This document shows positions 49,627 to 59,496 of a stretch of DNA of 64,000 bases, piece after piece; the first letter of the stretch is position 1, and each line of letters starts with the position of its first letter. The notes under the pieces are model-generated. The model did no database searches, was not told the DNA's origin, and was given only the letters and a program-made list of their open reading frames with translations. The stretch covers positions 3,744,001 through 3,808,000 of the forward strand of contig OZ243956.1 in NCBI GenBank assembly GCA_965214405.1, written 5' to 3'. The position numbers were made by a program, and so were the translations under genes. The DNA is from Trueperaceae bacterium (GTDB lineage: Bacteria > Deinococcota > Deinococci > Deinococcales > Trueperaceae).

Positions 49627-50127
49627 TTAATTATTCCCCGAGGCCACTGCTGCGGTGTTGGTGGCGTCCTCGAGCGCCTTGTAAGCCGCGAAGGCCGCCA
49701 CCACGGCGAGTTCAACGGGGGCGTCGTGCTCGAGGTGCACGTCTTTCCCCCCCACCGCGCCGCCGATGCGCCCGTCGGTACGCCCTGCTCTCGAGCTTAG
49801 TGCAACGTCCTTGCCGAAGATTCGTCCCCCGTAGCGTCCCCACACGCTCGTTTCTTCTTTTGCCTCTTCTATAGTCACTTTTAAGTCCATGCCCAAGACC
49901 TCACCGCCAAAGCGCAGGTCGATGACGGTAGGATGAATAAAGCCGCGCACATTGAAGCCGCCAAACCTGCCGCCTACTCGCCCTGCGAGCGTCGCGTTAC
50001 TGTACGTGACCCGAACGTCAGCCCCCCCGAAACCGCCACCGATGCGCCCCTTTAAGGTGACGCCATCCCAAGCTAAACTGAGGCTGTAACCCGCCAAAGT
50101 TCCACCCACACGCCCCGTTATGTTCAC
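49627..50127 (-). CDS. Hypothetical protein with GR(I/V)GG repeats
   Basis: Six GRxGG-type units; TAAAAT 6 nt before GTG. Confidence 0.7.
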   Translation of the reverse strand: MNITGRVGGTLAGYSLSLAWDGVTLKGRIGGGFGGADVRVTYSNATLAGRVGGRFGGFNVRGFIHPTVIDLRFGGEVLGMDLKVTIEEAKEETSVWGRYGGRIFGKDVALSSRAGRTDGRIGGAVGGKDVHLEHDAPVELAVVAAFAAYKALEDATNTAAVASGNN

Positions 50128-50157
50128 GAGGCCATTTTAATCCCTTTACAATGGCTC

Positions 50158-50913
50158 ATGACGCCGCAGATATCGCTCACCGAAGAACTCGCCGCCAACG
50201 CCCTGCCGCCCGCAGTGGTGCAGGTTGTAGACGGCTGGCGGCTCCGTTACAACTTCGGCGTGACGCGGCGGGCCAACTCGGTCTTGGCGAGTGAACACGG
50301 GGGGCGCTACAGCGTAGAGGAAAAGCTCGAGCACACCCGCGCCTTTTACGCCCGTTGGAACTCAAAAGTCCGCTTTCAGCTCAACCCCTCATCACAACCT
50401 TCTGGATTAGACGAGATTTTGGTTGGAAGAGGGTACACGAGAGGCGGCGCGGTACACGTCCAGACCGGGTCCATGCATGACGTTTTGAACAGGACAAGCG
50501 AGTCAGAGCACCGGGTGAGGCTCGAGCCCACCCTCAAAGCCCCTTGGTACGCGCTTTATGCGGAGATTGAGGGGGCGGACGCGCATAAGGCGGAAGTGCG
50601 CCGCGCGATGTTCTCTCGCATCCCTCTTCCCGCTGCGTATGTGCTGCTCGAGCTTGATGCTCAACCTGCGGCGGTGGGATTGGGGGTGCTCGAGCGTGGA
50701 CACGTGGGCGTTTTCAACATGGCGACGCACCCCGAGTTCCGGCGGCGTGGCGCGGCCACGGCGGTGCTGCGGGCGTTGGCAGGGTGGGGGAGGGTGCAGG
50801 GGGCTCGGACGATGTATTTACAGGTTGCTGACGAGAACGCCGGGGCGCGTCCCGTGTACGAGCGGCTGGGTTTTAGGACGCTCTACCAGTACGCGTATCT
50901 CGAGGAGCCTTGA
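50158..50913 (+). CDS. GNAT N-acetyltransferase
   Basis: GVTRRANSV, FRRRGAA, LQVADENAGARPVYERLGF. Confidence 0.85.
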   Translation: MTPQISLTEELAANALPPAVVQVVDGWRLRYNFGVTRRANSVLASEHGGRYSVEEKLEHTRAFYARWNSKVRFQLNPSSQPSGLDEILVGRGYTRGGAVHVQTGSMHDVLNRTSESEHRVRLEPTLKAPWYALYAEIEGADAHKAEVRRAMFSRIPLPAAYVLLELDAQPAAVGLGVLERGHVGVFNMATHPEFRRRGAATAVLRALAGWGRVQGARTMYLQVADENAGARPVYERLGFRTLYQYAYLEEP

Positions 50914-50954
50914 GAGATGCAGCGAGCTTCTACACGTCTTTTAAGTGTTGTCTT

Positions 50955-51293
50955 TTAAGTGTCTTCCTCGAGAAGCGTGATAAGCGTGGCGAGAACGTCT
51001 TCGACAGACCCCACCGGCGCGGCCTCGACGATTTTTACCTCCCGCGCGCGCCAATCGAGCGCCTTGACCTGATGGGCGAGCACCACACCGGAGGTTTTGA
51101 GACTTTCTGGCAAGCTCACCTCGAGCGGATACCCCTTGACCTGTGAGGTAATGGGGCAAGCTATAAGCATCCCTGTAGAGACGTTGTGACGCGTGTTCGG
51201 CAGAACGAGCGCGGGGCGGTGACCTGCCCCCTCATGCCTGCGGCGGGGGTCAAAGTTTACCCAGATCACGTCCCCTCGTTTAGGCGCATTCAC
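50955..51293 (-). CDS. mazF: MazF/PemK family toxin (orphaned)
   Basis: PKRGDVIWVNFDP...HEGAGHRPALVL...CPITSQVKGYPLEV...QVKALDWRAR. Confidence 0.85.
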   Translation of the reverse strand: MNAPKRGDVIWVNFDPRRRHEGAGHRPALVLPNTRHNVSTGMLIACPITSQVKGYPLEVSLPESLKTSGVVLAHQVKALDWRAREVKIVEAAPVGSVEDVLATLITLLEEDT

Positions 51294-51306
51294 CAGCTCT
51301 CGCTGC

Positions 51307-51891
51307 CTTGCCGTCTACTGGCTCGCGCTCGTTTTGCTCGATCTCTTGCACACCCGGCTGGGCCTCCTGCCCGGCCCCGGTCGGCTCGACGCCTACCTCC
51401 TGTCCCCCCCGACGGTCACGGGGATGGTCACGGTGGACGCGCTTTTGGCGGGCGATTGGGAGGTGTTTGTGGACGCGCTGCGCCACCTCCTTTTGCCCGC
51501 CATCGTCCTGGGCGCGTTTTCGACGGCGCTCTTGGCGCGCATGGTGCGAAGTGCGATGCTCGAGGTTTTGTCCCAAGACTATATCCGCACCGCCAGGGCC
51601 AAGGGCGCAAGAACCCCGCGCGTCGTCTTTAAGCACGGGCTGCGCAACGCCGCCTTGCCCATTCTCACGGTGCTGGGTAGCCTTTTGGGCAGTTTATTAA
51701 CGGGCGCGGTGCTGACCGAGACGATTTTTTCCTGGCCCGGCATCGGCTCGTACGCAACCGCGAGCGCCATCGGCTTAGATTTTCCGGCGGTGATGGGTGT
51801 GACGCTCGTTGCGGGGCTCGCCTACGCGCTCATCAACCTTGTGGTGGACCTCCTCTACGCCGTATTCGACCCAAGGATTTCCTACGCGTGA
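51307..51891 (+). pseudogene. DppB/OppB peptide ABC permease, 5'-truncated
   Basis: Homology begins mid-protein at LAVYWLAL; DYIRTARAKG, ETIFSWPGIG, DPRI. Confidence 0.8.
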
Positions 51892-51951
51892 GGCTGCATG
51901 TGAGACCGGGCATAGGACCGGGTACGAGACTGGCTATGAAACGGGGACGGC

Positions 51952-52827
51952 GTGACCCTATCTGGCGTTCGTAAGGGATTACGGGGCGCTTTTGGGGGCA
52001 AGACCGCGCGCCGCTTTTTGCGTAATACCGGCACGCTGGTGGGGGGCACGCTCGCGCTTCTGCTCGTGCTCCTGGCGCTCGCCGCGCCTTTGTTAGCGGG
52101 AGACCCGCTGGCGCAGAGTTTGAGCGAGCGTTTGCAGGCACCGAGCGCGTCGCACCTTTTCGGCACCGATCAACTGGGCCGCGATGTGCTCTCACGAACC
52201 CTCTACGGCGCACGCATCTCCCTAGCGCTGGGCTTTTTGGTCGTGGCGCTGTCCGTGACCGTGGGTTCGCTCGTAGGGCTGGCGGCGGGGCTCTTGGGGG
52301 GCGGCTGGGACGACCTGCTGATGCGCCTCACGGATATCTTTCTGGCTTTCCCGGCGCTCATTCTGGCGATGGCGATCTCGGCGGCGCTGGGGCCAAGCCT
52401 CACCAACGTGATGATCGCGGTGGCGGCGGTGTCGTGGCCCGCCTACGCGCGGCTCCTGCGGGCGCAGGTGCTGGCGGTCAAGCACGTTGAATTTGTGGAC
52501 GCGGCGCGGGCGCTCGGCGCGCCCGCGTGGCGGCTCGCGCTCAGGCACCTCCTGCCCAACAGCGTGACGCCCCTGCTCGTCCAGGGCAGCTTCGACGTGG
52601 GCGCGGCCATCCTCACGGCGGCGGGGCTCGGCTTTATCGGCTTTGGGGCGCAACCGCCCACGCCCGAGTGGGGCGCGATGGTCTCGGAAACGCGCAACTT
52701 TATCACCGAAGCGCCCTGGGCTTCGGCGGCCCCCGCGCTCGCTATTTTGCTCACCGTGCTGGCGTTTAACCTGTTGGGTGACGGTCTGCGCGACGTGCTC
52801 GACCCGCGGGGAGACTCGAGGCTTTAG
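51952..52827 (+). CDS. DppC/OppC peptide ABC permease
   Basis: HLFGTDQLGRDVLSR, EFVDAARALG, PPTPEWG, GDGLRDVLDPR. Confidence 0.9.
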   Translation: MTLSGVRKGLRGAFGGKTARRFLRNTGTLVGGTLALLLVLLALAAPLLAGDPLAQSLSERLQAPSASHLFGTDQLGRDVLSRTLYGARISLALGFLVVALSVTVGSLVGLAAGLLGGGWDDLLMRLTDIFLAFPALILAMAISAALGPSLTNVMIAVAAVSWPAYARLLRAQVLAVKHVEFVDAARALGAPAWRLALRHLLPNSVTPLLVQGSFDVGAAILTAAGLGFIGFGAQPPTPEWGAMVSETRNFITEAPWASAAPALAILLTVLAFNLLGDGLRDVLDPRGDSRL

Positions 52828-52920
52828 GGGTGGTGATGTGTAAGACGCTTGTAGAGCGTGCAAACGTGGGAAGCAGGGGGGTGGAGGGGTGGGAGGAAAG
52901 CGTCTCTGCGTCTTTGCGGC

Positions 52921-53508
52921 TTAGCGGGGGTGCCCCTTAAGCTCCAGCCCCATCACCCGCGTCGGCACCGTCGAGCCCGGAAACCGGAAGTCGCGCAAAA
53001 GCGTGGTCCAACCGCGCTTTCTGTAGAGCGCCAGCGCGGTCGTTTCCGCGTCGATGGTCGAGAGCAGCGCCCGGCGGTACGGGAGGCTAGGATGAGAGAA
53101 GCTGCGACGCGAGACCTCTTGCAGCAGCGCGTCGTGGAGCCTTCCCCCAAAACCCTGACCCTGGGCGGCGGGGTCCACGGCGAGTTCGACTATCTCGAAC
53201 GCGTGTTCCAACCAAGCGGCTTTCGGACTCTCCCCCAACGCGCGCGCTACCGCGTCGTGCCACCACCCACCGCGTTTGCTCGCGTAGCCGTAGATAAAGC
53301 CGAGCACCATACCCTCATCCTCAACCACAAAACCCCGAAACCCCGCGTACCCCTTGTGCTTGACGAGCTGCCCCTCGAACCAGCTCGAGTCGCGCGCCGT
53401 GCGGTTGTAGGGCGGCGGGGCAAAGGCGGCGGCGTAGACGCGTTTCAAGCTCTCCCTGGTCGCCTTGTGTGAAAGGTCCGCGCGCGCGAGGGGGTGCAGG
53501 GTGTTCAC
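52921..53508 (-). CDS. GNAT N-acetyltransferase
   Basis: ELAVDPAAQGQGFG, ALYRKRGW. Confidence 0.85.
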   Translation of the reverse strand: MNTLHPLARADLSHKATRESLKRVYAAAFAPPPYNRTARDSSWFEGQLVKHKGYAGFRGFVVEDEGMVLGFIYGYASKRGGWWHDAVARALGESPKAAWLEHAFEIVELAVDPAAQGQGFGGRLHDALLQEVSRRSFSHPSLPYRRALLSTIDAETTALALYRKRGWTTLLRDFRFPGSTVPTRVMGLELKGHPR

Positions 53509-53642
53509 GCGAATGCTCGAGAGCCTTTAACGCTAAAAGAAGACGGTGTGACGCGCATGATGTATAGCTTTATGCCGGTCTCGTCACCGACGCAAAAATA
53601 GTTGAAGCACATCATGTGGGACATCTTCCAGAAAACCCTTTC

Positions 53643-53677
53643 AAAAGAAGAAGCCTCCAACCCTTACGGCAGGAGGC
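53643..53677 (-). terminator. Intrinsic terminator
   Basis: GCCTCC...GGAGGC followed by TTCTTCTTTT on the minus strand. Confidence 0.55.
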
Positions 53678-53698
53678 CATCGCTGGTTTTGGGTAAAG

Positions 53699-53950
53699 TT
53701 AGCGTCTGACGGCTTTGACAATGGCGAGCAGAATAACCGCGCCAACCACGGCCACGATGATGCTCCAGATATTAAATCCGGTTGCGCCTTGCACGCCAAA
53801 AAGGCGAAACACGAAGCCCCCGATAAAGGCTCCCACGATGCCGACCACAATGTCGAGCAAGCAGCCCTGCTCCTGATTGGTCTTCATGATAAGGCTGGCA
53901 ATCCAACCCGCGAGCGCGCCGAGAATAACCCACAAGATGATGTTAATCAT
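53699..53950 (-). CDS. GlsB/YeaQ/YmgE (transglycosylase-associated) membrane protein
   Basis: WVILGALAGWIAS...DIVVGIVGAFIGG...AVVGAVILL. Confidence 0.9.
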   Translation of the reverse strand: MINIILWVILGALAGWIASLIMKTNQEQGCLLDIVVGIVGAFIGGFVFRLFGVQGATGFNIWSIIVAVVGAVILLAIVKAVRR

Positions 53951-54042
53951 GTTTACCGCTCCTCCCTTCTAAAGTACCCTCACCCCAATGTAACATAGTT
54001 CACGTAGCGGAGGAAGCTTCACATCACGCCTGGATAGAAGCG

Positions 54043-54333
54043 TCAGGCGTCGCGGTTCACCAGTTTGAAAAAGCGACTCTCTTCGCCCTCTTTGGTGGTT
54101 TGCTGGTACAAAAAGGCGAGCTTGCTGTCTTCAAATGTCTTGAAAAACTCGTCCCAACTTATGTCTTCTAGACCCTCATCGTCGCCGCCGAAGTCGAGGC
54201 GCAGTATGCCCGCGTCGTCGCCCTCTCCGTTGGTCTTTGTGGTACTCGCCACGGTTGCGGGGCTACCGCCGCGCGCTTCGGCCCATTTGCGGATGGTGTC
54301 GTGGTCGGTGGTGGTGTGACTTTCGCCTGCCAT
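54043..54333 (-). CDS. Conserved hypothetical protein
   Basis: [17 protein letters not shown]...[18 protein letters not shown]. Confidence 0.75.
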   Translation of the reverse strand: MAGESHTTTDHDTIRKWAEARGGSPATVASTTKTNGEGDDAGILRLDFGGDDEGLEDISWDEFFKTFEDSKLAFLYQQTTKEGEESRFFKLVNRDA

Positions 54334-54650
54334 CGTGCCTCCCCTGTTATGCGTTGCGGTTGCTTAGATCCCTTACGCGTCCTGGCCTCGAGCCCGCCCC
54401 GTGCAAACACTCGACTGTACCAACTTCAAAAATGTCCTTTTTCTTTTCTTACGTCTTTAGTGAACCTTACAAAGTTTGGTCTCACAGAGTAGGGGACGAG
54501 GCTCTGAACCTCGTCCCTTAACAAAGAACAGAAAGTGCAGAAGAGGCTGAGACTACGCCGTCCCCGCTGACCCACCACGCTCTCTCCGGGCAAGCCTGCC
54601 CTTTCTGGTTGCGCTTCCCGCCGTGGCCCCGCCCGTTATGATAGGCCGAT

Positions 54651-56129
54651 ATGAACGAACTGCTTAAAGGAGCGCGCGTGAGCCGCGACCGTCTGTTGAT
54701 TTTGGACATCGGCTCCTCGAGCGTCCGCGCCTCGCTCTATAGAGAAAATGGGGAGGCGCTGCCGGGCCGCGAGGCGCGCACGCCGCAGCGGTGGCGGCGC
54801 GACGAGGAGGGCGAGGGGGTCTTAGACGCTAGCGCGCTGCTGGCGGCGGTGGCGGGGGTGGTGGACGAGATTTTGGCGGGGTTGGGGCCTGACGAGCGCG
54901 TGGTGGCGGTGGGCGCGGCGACGCTCGCGGGAAGTCTTGTGGGCTTGAACGCGGGGGGCGAGGCCGTGACGCCCATTTACACCTACGCCGACACCCGCAG
55001 CGGGGCGGCGGCTTCACGCCTTGCGGCGCGTCTGGAAAATCCGGGGGAGGTCATGCAAGAGACCGGCTGCCCCTTTCACGCGGCGTACTGGCCCGCGCAG
55101 CTCGAGCACCTGTCAACCCGCACTGAACGCGTTGCGAGCGTGGTGCGCTGGTGCGACCTCAGCAGCTTTCTCTACGGTCGCTTATTCGGGACGCCCCAAC
55201 CAATGAGCCTGTCGGTGGCCTCGTGGACGGGGCTGTTAAACCGCTTTGAGAACGCCTGGAGCCGGACGCTGCTCTCGGCTCTTTCGTTAAGCGCCGCGCA
55301 CCTCCCCGAACTTGTCGACGTTAACGACGCCGCGCGGGGGCTCGCCCCCCAATGGTCTAGGCGCTGGCCCGCGCTCCGGGGGGCGGCTTTTCATCCCGCC
55401 CTGGGCGACGGCGCGGCGGCCAACCTGGGCAGCGCCGGGTTTTCGGACGACGCGCTGGTGGTGACGATCGGCTCGACGAGCGCCGCGCGGGTCACGGTGC
55501 GGGGGACGCCGCCGCGACCGCGCGGGGGCTGGGCCTACCGGGTGGACGCGGCGCACAGCCTCCTGGGCGGCGCGCTTAGCGAAGGCGGCAGCGGTTACGC
55601 CTGGTTAAGGGCGCGGCTCAGGCTGCCGCCCGAGGGGGAACTCGAGGCCCTCCTCGCCGCCTTGCCCCCCGCCGCGCACGGCCTCACCGTGTTGCCGCTC
55701 CTACGCGGCGAGCGCGCGCCCGGCTGGCGGGCGGACGCGACGGGCGCGCTTGTGGGTCTGCGCGAAGAAACGAGCGCGGTGGACATCGTGCGTGCTTGGC
55801 TCGAGGGGACCTCCTACCGCTTAGCCGAGGTGGTCGAACGTTTGCCCGAGCGCCCCCGCATCGTCGCGTCGGGGGGCGCGCTGGGCGCGTCGCGGGTGTG
55901 GCAGGGGATTCTCGCGGACGTGCTCATGAAACCCCTCTTTCCCGTGGCCGACGCCGAGGTGACGAGCCTGGGCGCGGCTTTCGCCCTCGCGCGCGCCCGC
56001 AATAGGCATCCCACGCCCAGCGCGCTCGCGGCACCTGTCGAGCCAAACAAGGACCATCACGATATCTACCGGGAGGCTCGAGCGGCGCAGCGCGCCCTCT
56101 ACGCGCTCCGCTACGGCGACGGGAGGTAG
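54651..56129 (+). CDS. FGGY-family carbohydrate kinase (gluconokinase-like)
   Basis: LDIGSSSVRA, TYADTRS, GDGAAANLGS, GERAPGW, ASGG. Confidence 0.85.
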   Translation: MNELLKGARVSRDRLLILDIGSSSVRASLYRENGEALPGREARTPQRWRRDEEGEGVLDASALLAAVAGVVDEILAGLGPDERVVAVGAATLAGSLVGLNAGGEAVTPIYTYADTRSGAAASRLAARLENPGEVMQETGCPFHAAYWPAQLEHLSTRTERVASVVRWCDLSSFLYGRLFGTPQPMSLSVASWTGLLNRFENAWSRTLLSALSLSAAHLPELVDVNDAARGLAPQWSRRWPALRGAAFHPALGDGAAANLGSAGFSDDALVVTIGSTSAARVTVRGTPPRPRGGWAYRVDAAHSLLGGALSEGGSGYAWLRARLRLPPEGELEALLAALPPAAHGLTVLPLLRGERAPGWRADATGALVGLREETSAVDIVRAWLEGTSYRLAEVVERLPERPRIVASGGALGASRVWQGILADVLMKPLFPVADAEVTSLGAAFALARARNRHPTPSALAAPVEPNKDHHDIYREARAAQRALYALRYGDGR

Positions 56130-56151
56130 TGGGAATGGTAGGCGACGCTTC

Positions 56152-56189
56152 TTGACAGTTCTTCGCTTTGCCGCCTAGACTTGGACAAG
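56152..56189 (+). promoter_or_regulatory. Sigma70 promoter with possible GntR-type operator
   Basis: TTGACA-N18-TAGACT overlapping the near-palindrome CTTGGACAAG. Confidence 0.5.
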
Positions 56190-56259
56190 CGTTTAACAGG
56201 TTGGGCGGAGGCGGGAGAGACGACGCTTTTCCAAACCGCACCAGCCTAAAAGGAGGAGT

Positions 56260-57561
56260 ATGAAGAGATTGTACATCGTGGTAGCGTTGGTCGTTTTGCT
56301 CTTCATGGGCAACGTGAGCGCGCAAGACAGCGCGCAAGATTTCGACTGGCGGCGCTTTGAGGGCACCGACATCCGCTTTCTCATGAACCGTCACCCCTTC
56401 ACCGAGTTTCTCGAGCCGCTCGTGCCCGAGTTTGAAGAACTCACGGGCATCAACGTGACCTTAGAGGTTTTCCCCGAAGACCAGTTCCGGCAGCGCCGCC
56501 TTTTAGAGGCGAGTTCGGGCGCGAACACGCTCGACGGCTACATGATCATGCCGGGACAGGTCGGCGCGCAGTACCTGGGCGCGGGCTGGGTGCGCTACAT
56601 CGACGACTTTGTGGACGACCCCTCGCTGACCATGCCCGACCTCGATTTGGAAGATTTCTACAACGGGGCCATCAGCACCTTCCGCAACGATGACCGGCTC
56701 TTCGGGCTGCCCCTACAGATCGAGTCGAGCCTGCTCTTCTACCGCGAAGACTTGCTCCAAGCGGCGGGCTTAGAGGGTCCCCCCGAGACGATGGAAGAAC
56801 TTCGCCAGTATGCGGACACGCTCAACACAGACGGGGTCGCGGGCTTTGCCGCGCGCGGCAAGGGAGCCTCAGCCACGAGCCAGATTGTGAACTTCTTATA
56901 TTCCTACGGCGGCCAGTGGCAAAACGAGGACGGTACCTCGGCGTTGGGTAGCGAGGCGAGCCAAGAAGCGCTCACCGCCTACGCCGACCTGCTCCGCGCG
57001 GACGGCCCGCCGGGCGTGACCAACATGTCCTGGCCCGAGGTCACGAGCCTCTTCGCGCAGGGTCAGGCGGCGATGATTTTTGACGCCAACGTGTTCCGCT
57101 CCATCATGGAAGACCCCGAGCAGTCGATCGACGTGGTCCGCGAAAACGTCGGCTACGCGCCCGTGCCCGCGGGTCCGGCGGGCCGCGTGCCCGCGGTGCT
57201 CGTCTGGGGCATGAGCGTCAACGAGGCCTCGGAAAACCCGGAGGCCGCCTGGTACTTTATCCAGTGGGCCTTGTCCAAAGAGAACCAGCTCGAGGCGCTC
57301 CTTAGCGGCGTGCCCGCCGCGCGCGCGTCCGCTTGGGAAAACGCGGAGTTTCAAGCCTCCGCGCCCGCCGACTGGATCGCGGCCTCGCAAGAATCTTTTA
57401 GCGTCGGCCAGCCCGACTGGAACCCCCCGGTGGTGCCCGTGCCCGAGGTGCGCGACGCCTACGGTCAGGCCATCGTCGCCGCCCTGCAAGGACAGCCGGT
57501 GGGACCCGCCTTGGAACGCGCCGCGGAGTCGATAAACGGAATTGTCGAGCGTTCGCAGTAA
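56260..57561 (+). CDS. Sugar ABC transporter substrate-binding protein
   Basis: Signal peptide; LFYREDLL, PPETMEEL, FAQGQAAM; AGGAGG RBS. Confidence 0.9.
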   Translation: MKRLYIVVALVVLLFMGNVSAQDSAQDFDWRRFEGTDIRFLMNRHPFTEFLEPLVPEFEELTGINVTLEVFPEDQFRQRRLLEASSGANTLDGYMIMPGQVGAQYLGAGWVRYIDDFVDDPSLTMPDLDLEDFYNGAISTFRNDDRLFGLPLQIESSLLFYREDLLQAAGLEGPPETMEELRQYADTLNTDGVAGFAARGKGASATSQIVNFLYSYGGQWQNEDGTSALGSEASQEALTAYADLLRADGPPGVTNMSWPEVTSLFAQGQAAMIFDANVFRSIMEDPEQSIDVVRENVGYAPVPAGPAGRVPAVLVWGMSVNEASENPEAAWYFIQWALSKENQLEALLSGVPAARASAWENAEFQASAPADWIAASQESFSVGQPDWNPPVVPVPEVRDAYGQAIVAALQGQPVGPALERAAESINGIVERSQ

Positions 57562-57578
57562 GATTGATTCACCACGTT

Positions 57579-57608
57579 ACCGCCGGATTCTGTAAAGGGT
57601 CCGGCGGT
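57579..57608 (+). other. Intergenic hairpin after the SBP gene (mRNA stabiliser or attenuator)
   Basis: ACCGCCGGATTC-tgtaaa-GGGTCCGGCGGT. Confidence 0.55.
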
Positions 57609-57646
57609 CACTGATGTTCATGATTGGGGTTCTATGAGGGGGTTTT

Positions 57647-58516
57647 ATGAAACGCGCCACCGACTTTTTTGACCGCCACGCCCCCCTGCTCTTCCCGCTG
57701 CCCGCGGTGCTGGCCCTGCTTGTGCTTGTCGTCGGCCCGATGCTGGCGAACGCGTTCCTTTCGCTTTACGACTATTTCATCGGCGGTCAGGCGAGCTTTA
57801 TCGGCTTAGGGAATTTTACCCGCGCTTTTGAGGACCTCCGCTTTTGGAACGGTCTCAAAAACACCTTTTATTTTACGCTGCTGGCCGTACCGATACAGCT
57901 CGTGCTGGGCCTGGCTATCGCCGTACTCTTTAACCGCGACTTCCGCGGCAAGGGCTTCGTGCGCACCATCATCCTCCTGCCAATGGTGGCGACGCCTGTG
58001 GCGATCGCGCTCATCTGGGCCTTGATGTTCAACCCGAGCTTGGGCGTCTTAAACTACTTTCTAGAGTCTTTGGGGCTGCCGCGCTCCTTGTGGGTGGCCG
58101 ACGCGGCGCTTGTGATTCCGTCGCTTGTGCTGGTGGACGTGTGGCAGTGGACGCCGATGGTGGCGCTTATCCTGCTCGCGGCCTTGCAGGGGGTGCCGCA
58201 GGACTATTACGAGGCGGCGCGCATCGACGGGGCGGGGGGCTGGCAGGCGTTTTGGAACATCACCTTGCCCTCGATTCGCTCGGCCATTGTGATTGCGCTC
58301 ATCTTGCGGAGCATTGACGCGCTTAAAACCTTTGACATTATCTACGTGATTACCCAGGGCGGGCCGGGTACGGCGTCGGAAACGCTCAACGTGTTCGCAT
58401 TCAGGACCGGCTTCGAGTTTTTCCAGGCGGGTTACGCCGCGACGCTGCTCATTTTTCTGCTTTTTGTGGTGCTGGGGGTGGCGGTGCTGCTCAATATGGC
58501 GAGGAGGCGCGTGTGA
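57647..58516 (+). CDS. Carbohydrate ABC permease
   Basis: FIGLGNF, DVWQWTP, EAARIDGA. Confidence 0.92.
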   Translation: MKRATDFFDRHAPLLFPLPAVLALLVLVVGPMLANAFLSLYDYFIGGQASFIGLGNFTRAFEDLRFWNGLKNTFYFTLLAVPIQLVLGLAIAVLFNRDFRGKGFVRTIILLPMVATPVAIALIWALMFNPSLGVLNYFLESLGLPRSLWVADAALVIPSLVLVDVWQWTPMVALILLAALQGVPQDYYEAARIDGAGGWQAFWNITLPSIRSAIVIALILRSIDALKTFDIIYVITQGGPGTASETLNVFAFRTGFEFFQAGYAATLLIFLLFVVLGVAVLLNMARRRV

Positions 58517-59379
58517 GTAAAGCTGTGGTGGGGGTGCCTCGAGACGCCCACACAACCAACCTCAAACGCAGGCAAGCCCTCAAAACCTGGGGCATCTACC
58601 TCTTGATGGCGCTCGTTCTCATCGTGCTGCTCTTCCCCTTCTACTGGATGATTCTGACGAGCTTTCGCAGCCAGGTGGACAACACCTCCCCGGTGCCCGT
58701 GTGGTTTTTCGTGCCGACCCTGAAAAACTACGCCAACGTCATCCAGGGCAACAACTTTTTGGAATTTACCTGGAACTCGCTCGTCATAGCTAGCCTCTCG
58801 ACGGGGCTGGGCCTGGTGTTGGGCCTCCCCGCCGCCTACTCGATCGCCCGCTTCAAGCAAAACGGCCTCGCGCTCGCCATTCTCATCGCCAGGCTCACGC
58901 CCTACATCACTTACCTCGTGCCCTGGTACTTGGCTTTTCGCGCGCTCGGGCTTATCGACACCTACCTCGCGCTCACCTTGACGCACCTCATTGTCGGGAT
59001 GCCCCTCATCATCTGGATCATGATTTCGTTTTTTGAGGACGTGCCGCGCGAACTCGAAGAGGCCGCCTATGTAGACGGCGCGAGCCGCCTGGGCACCTTT
59101 TGGCGCATCATCTTGCCCTTATCAACCCCCGGCATCGTCGCGGCGAGCATTCTTGCGTTTATCTTCTCCTGGAACCAGTTCCTTTTTTCGCTGGCTCTCT
59201 CGGGACCCCGCACCAAACCCGTGCCCGTGGCGGTCTTTAACTTTATCTCCTACGGCCAGATCGACTTCGGAGGCTTGGGCGCGGCGGCGGTGCTCATTAC
59301 CCTGCCCGTCATCCTGTTGACCCTGGTGATCCAGCGTTACATCGTCACGGGCCTCACGATGGGGGCGGTAAAGGGCTAG
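58513..59379 (+). CDS. Carbohydrate ABC permease
   Basis: EEAAYVDGA, FSWNQF, GLTMGAVKG. Confidence 0.92.
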   Translation: MSKAVVGVPRDAHTTNLKRRQALKTWGIYLLMALVLIVLLFPFYWMILTSFRSQVDNTSPVPVWFFVPTLKNYANVIQGNNFLEFTWNSLVIASLSTGLGLVLGLPAAYSIARFKQNGLALAILIARLTPYITYLVPWYLAFRALGLIDTYLALTLTHLIVGMPLIIWIMISFFEDVPRELEEAAYVDGASRLGTFWRIILPLSTPGIVAASILAFIFSWNQFLFSLALSGPRTKPVPVAVFNFISYGQIDFGGLGAAAVLITLPVILLTLVIQRYIVTGLTMGAVKG

Positions 59380-59496
59380 GGAAATTTTTCTCTTCGCTCT
59401 CAGAGTGTTGTGTTAAGCTCAAAGTGAAAGATGTCTCTTGCGCCCGGTTTAATTTTTGAGAGGAAGACTCGTCTATGTTGCACATTAAGGGAAGCT

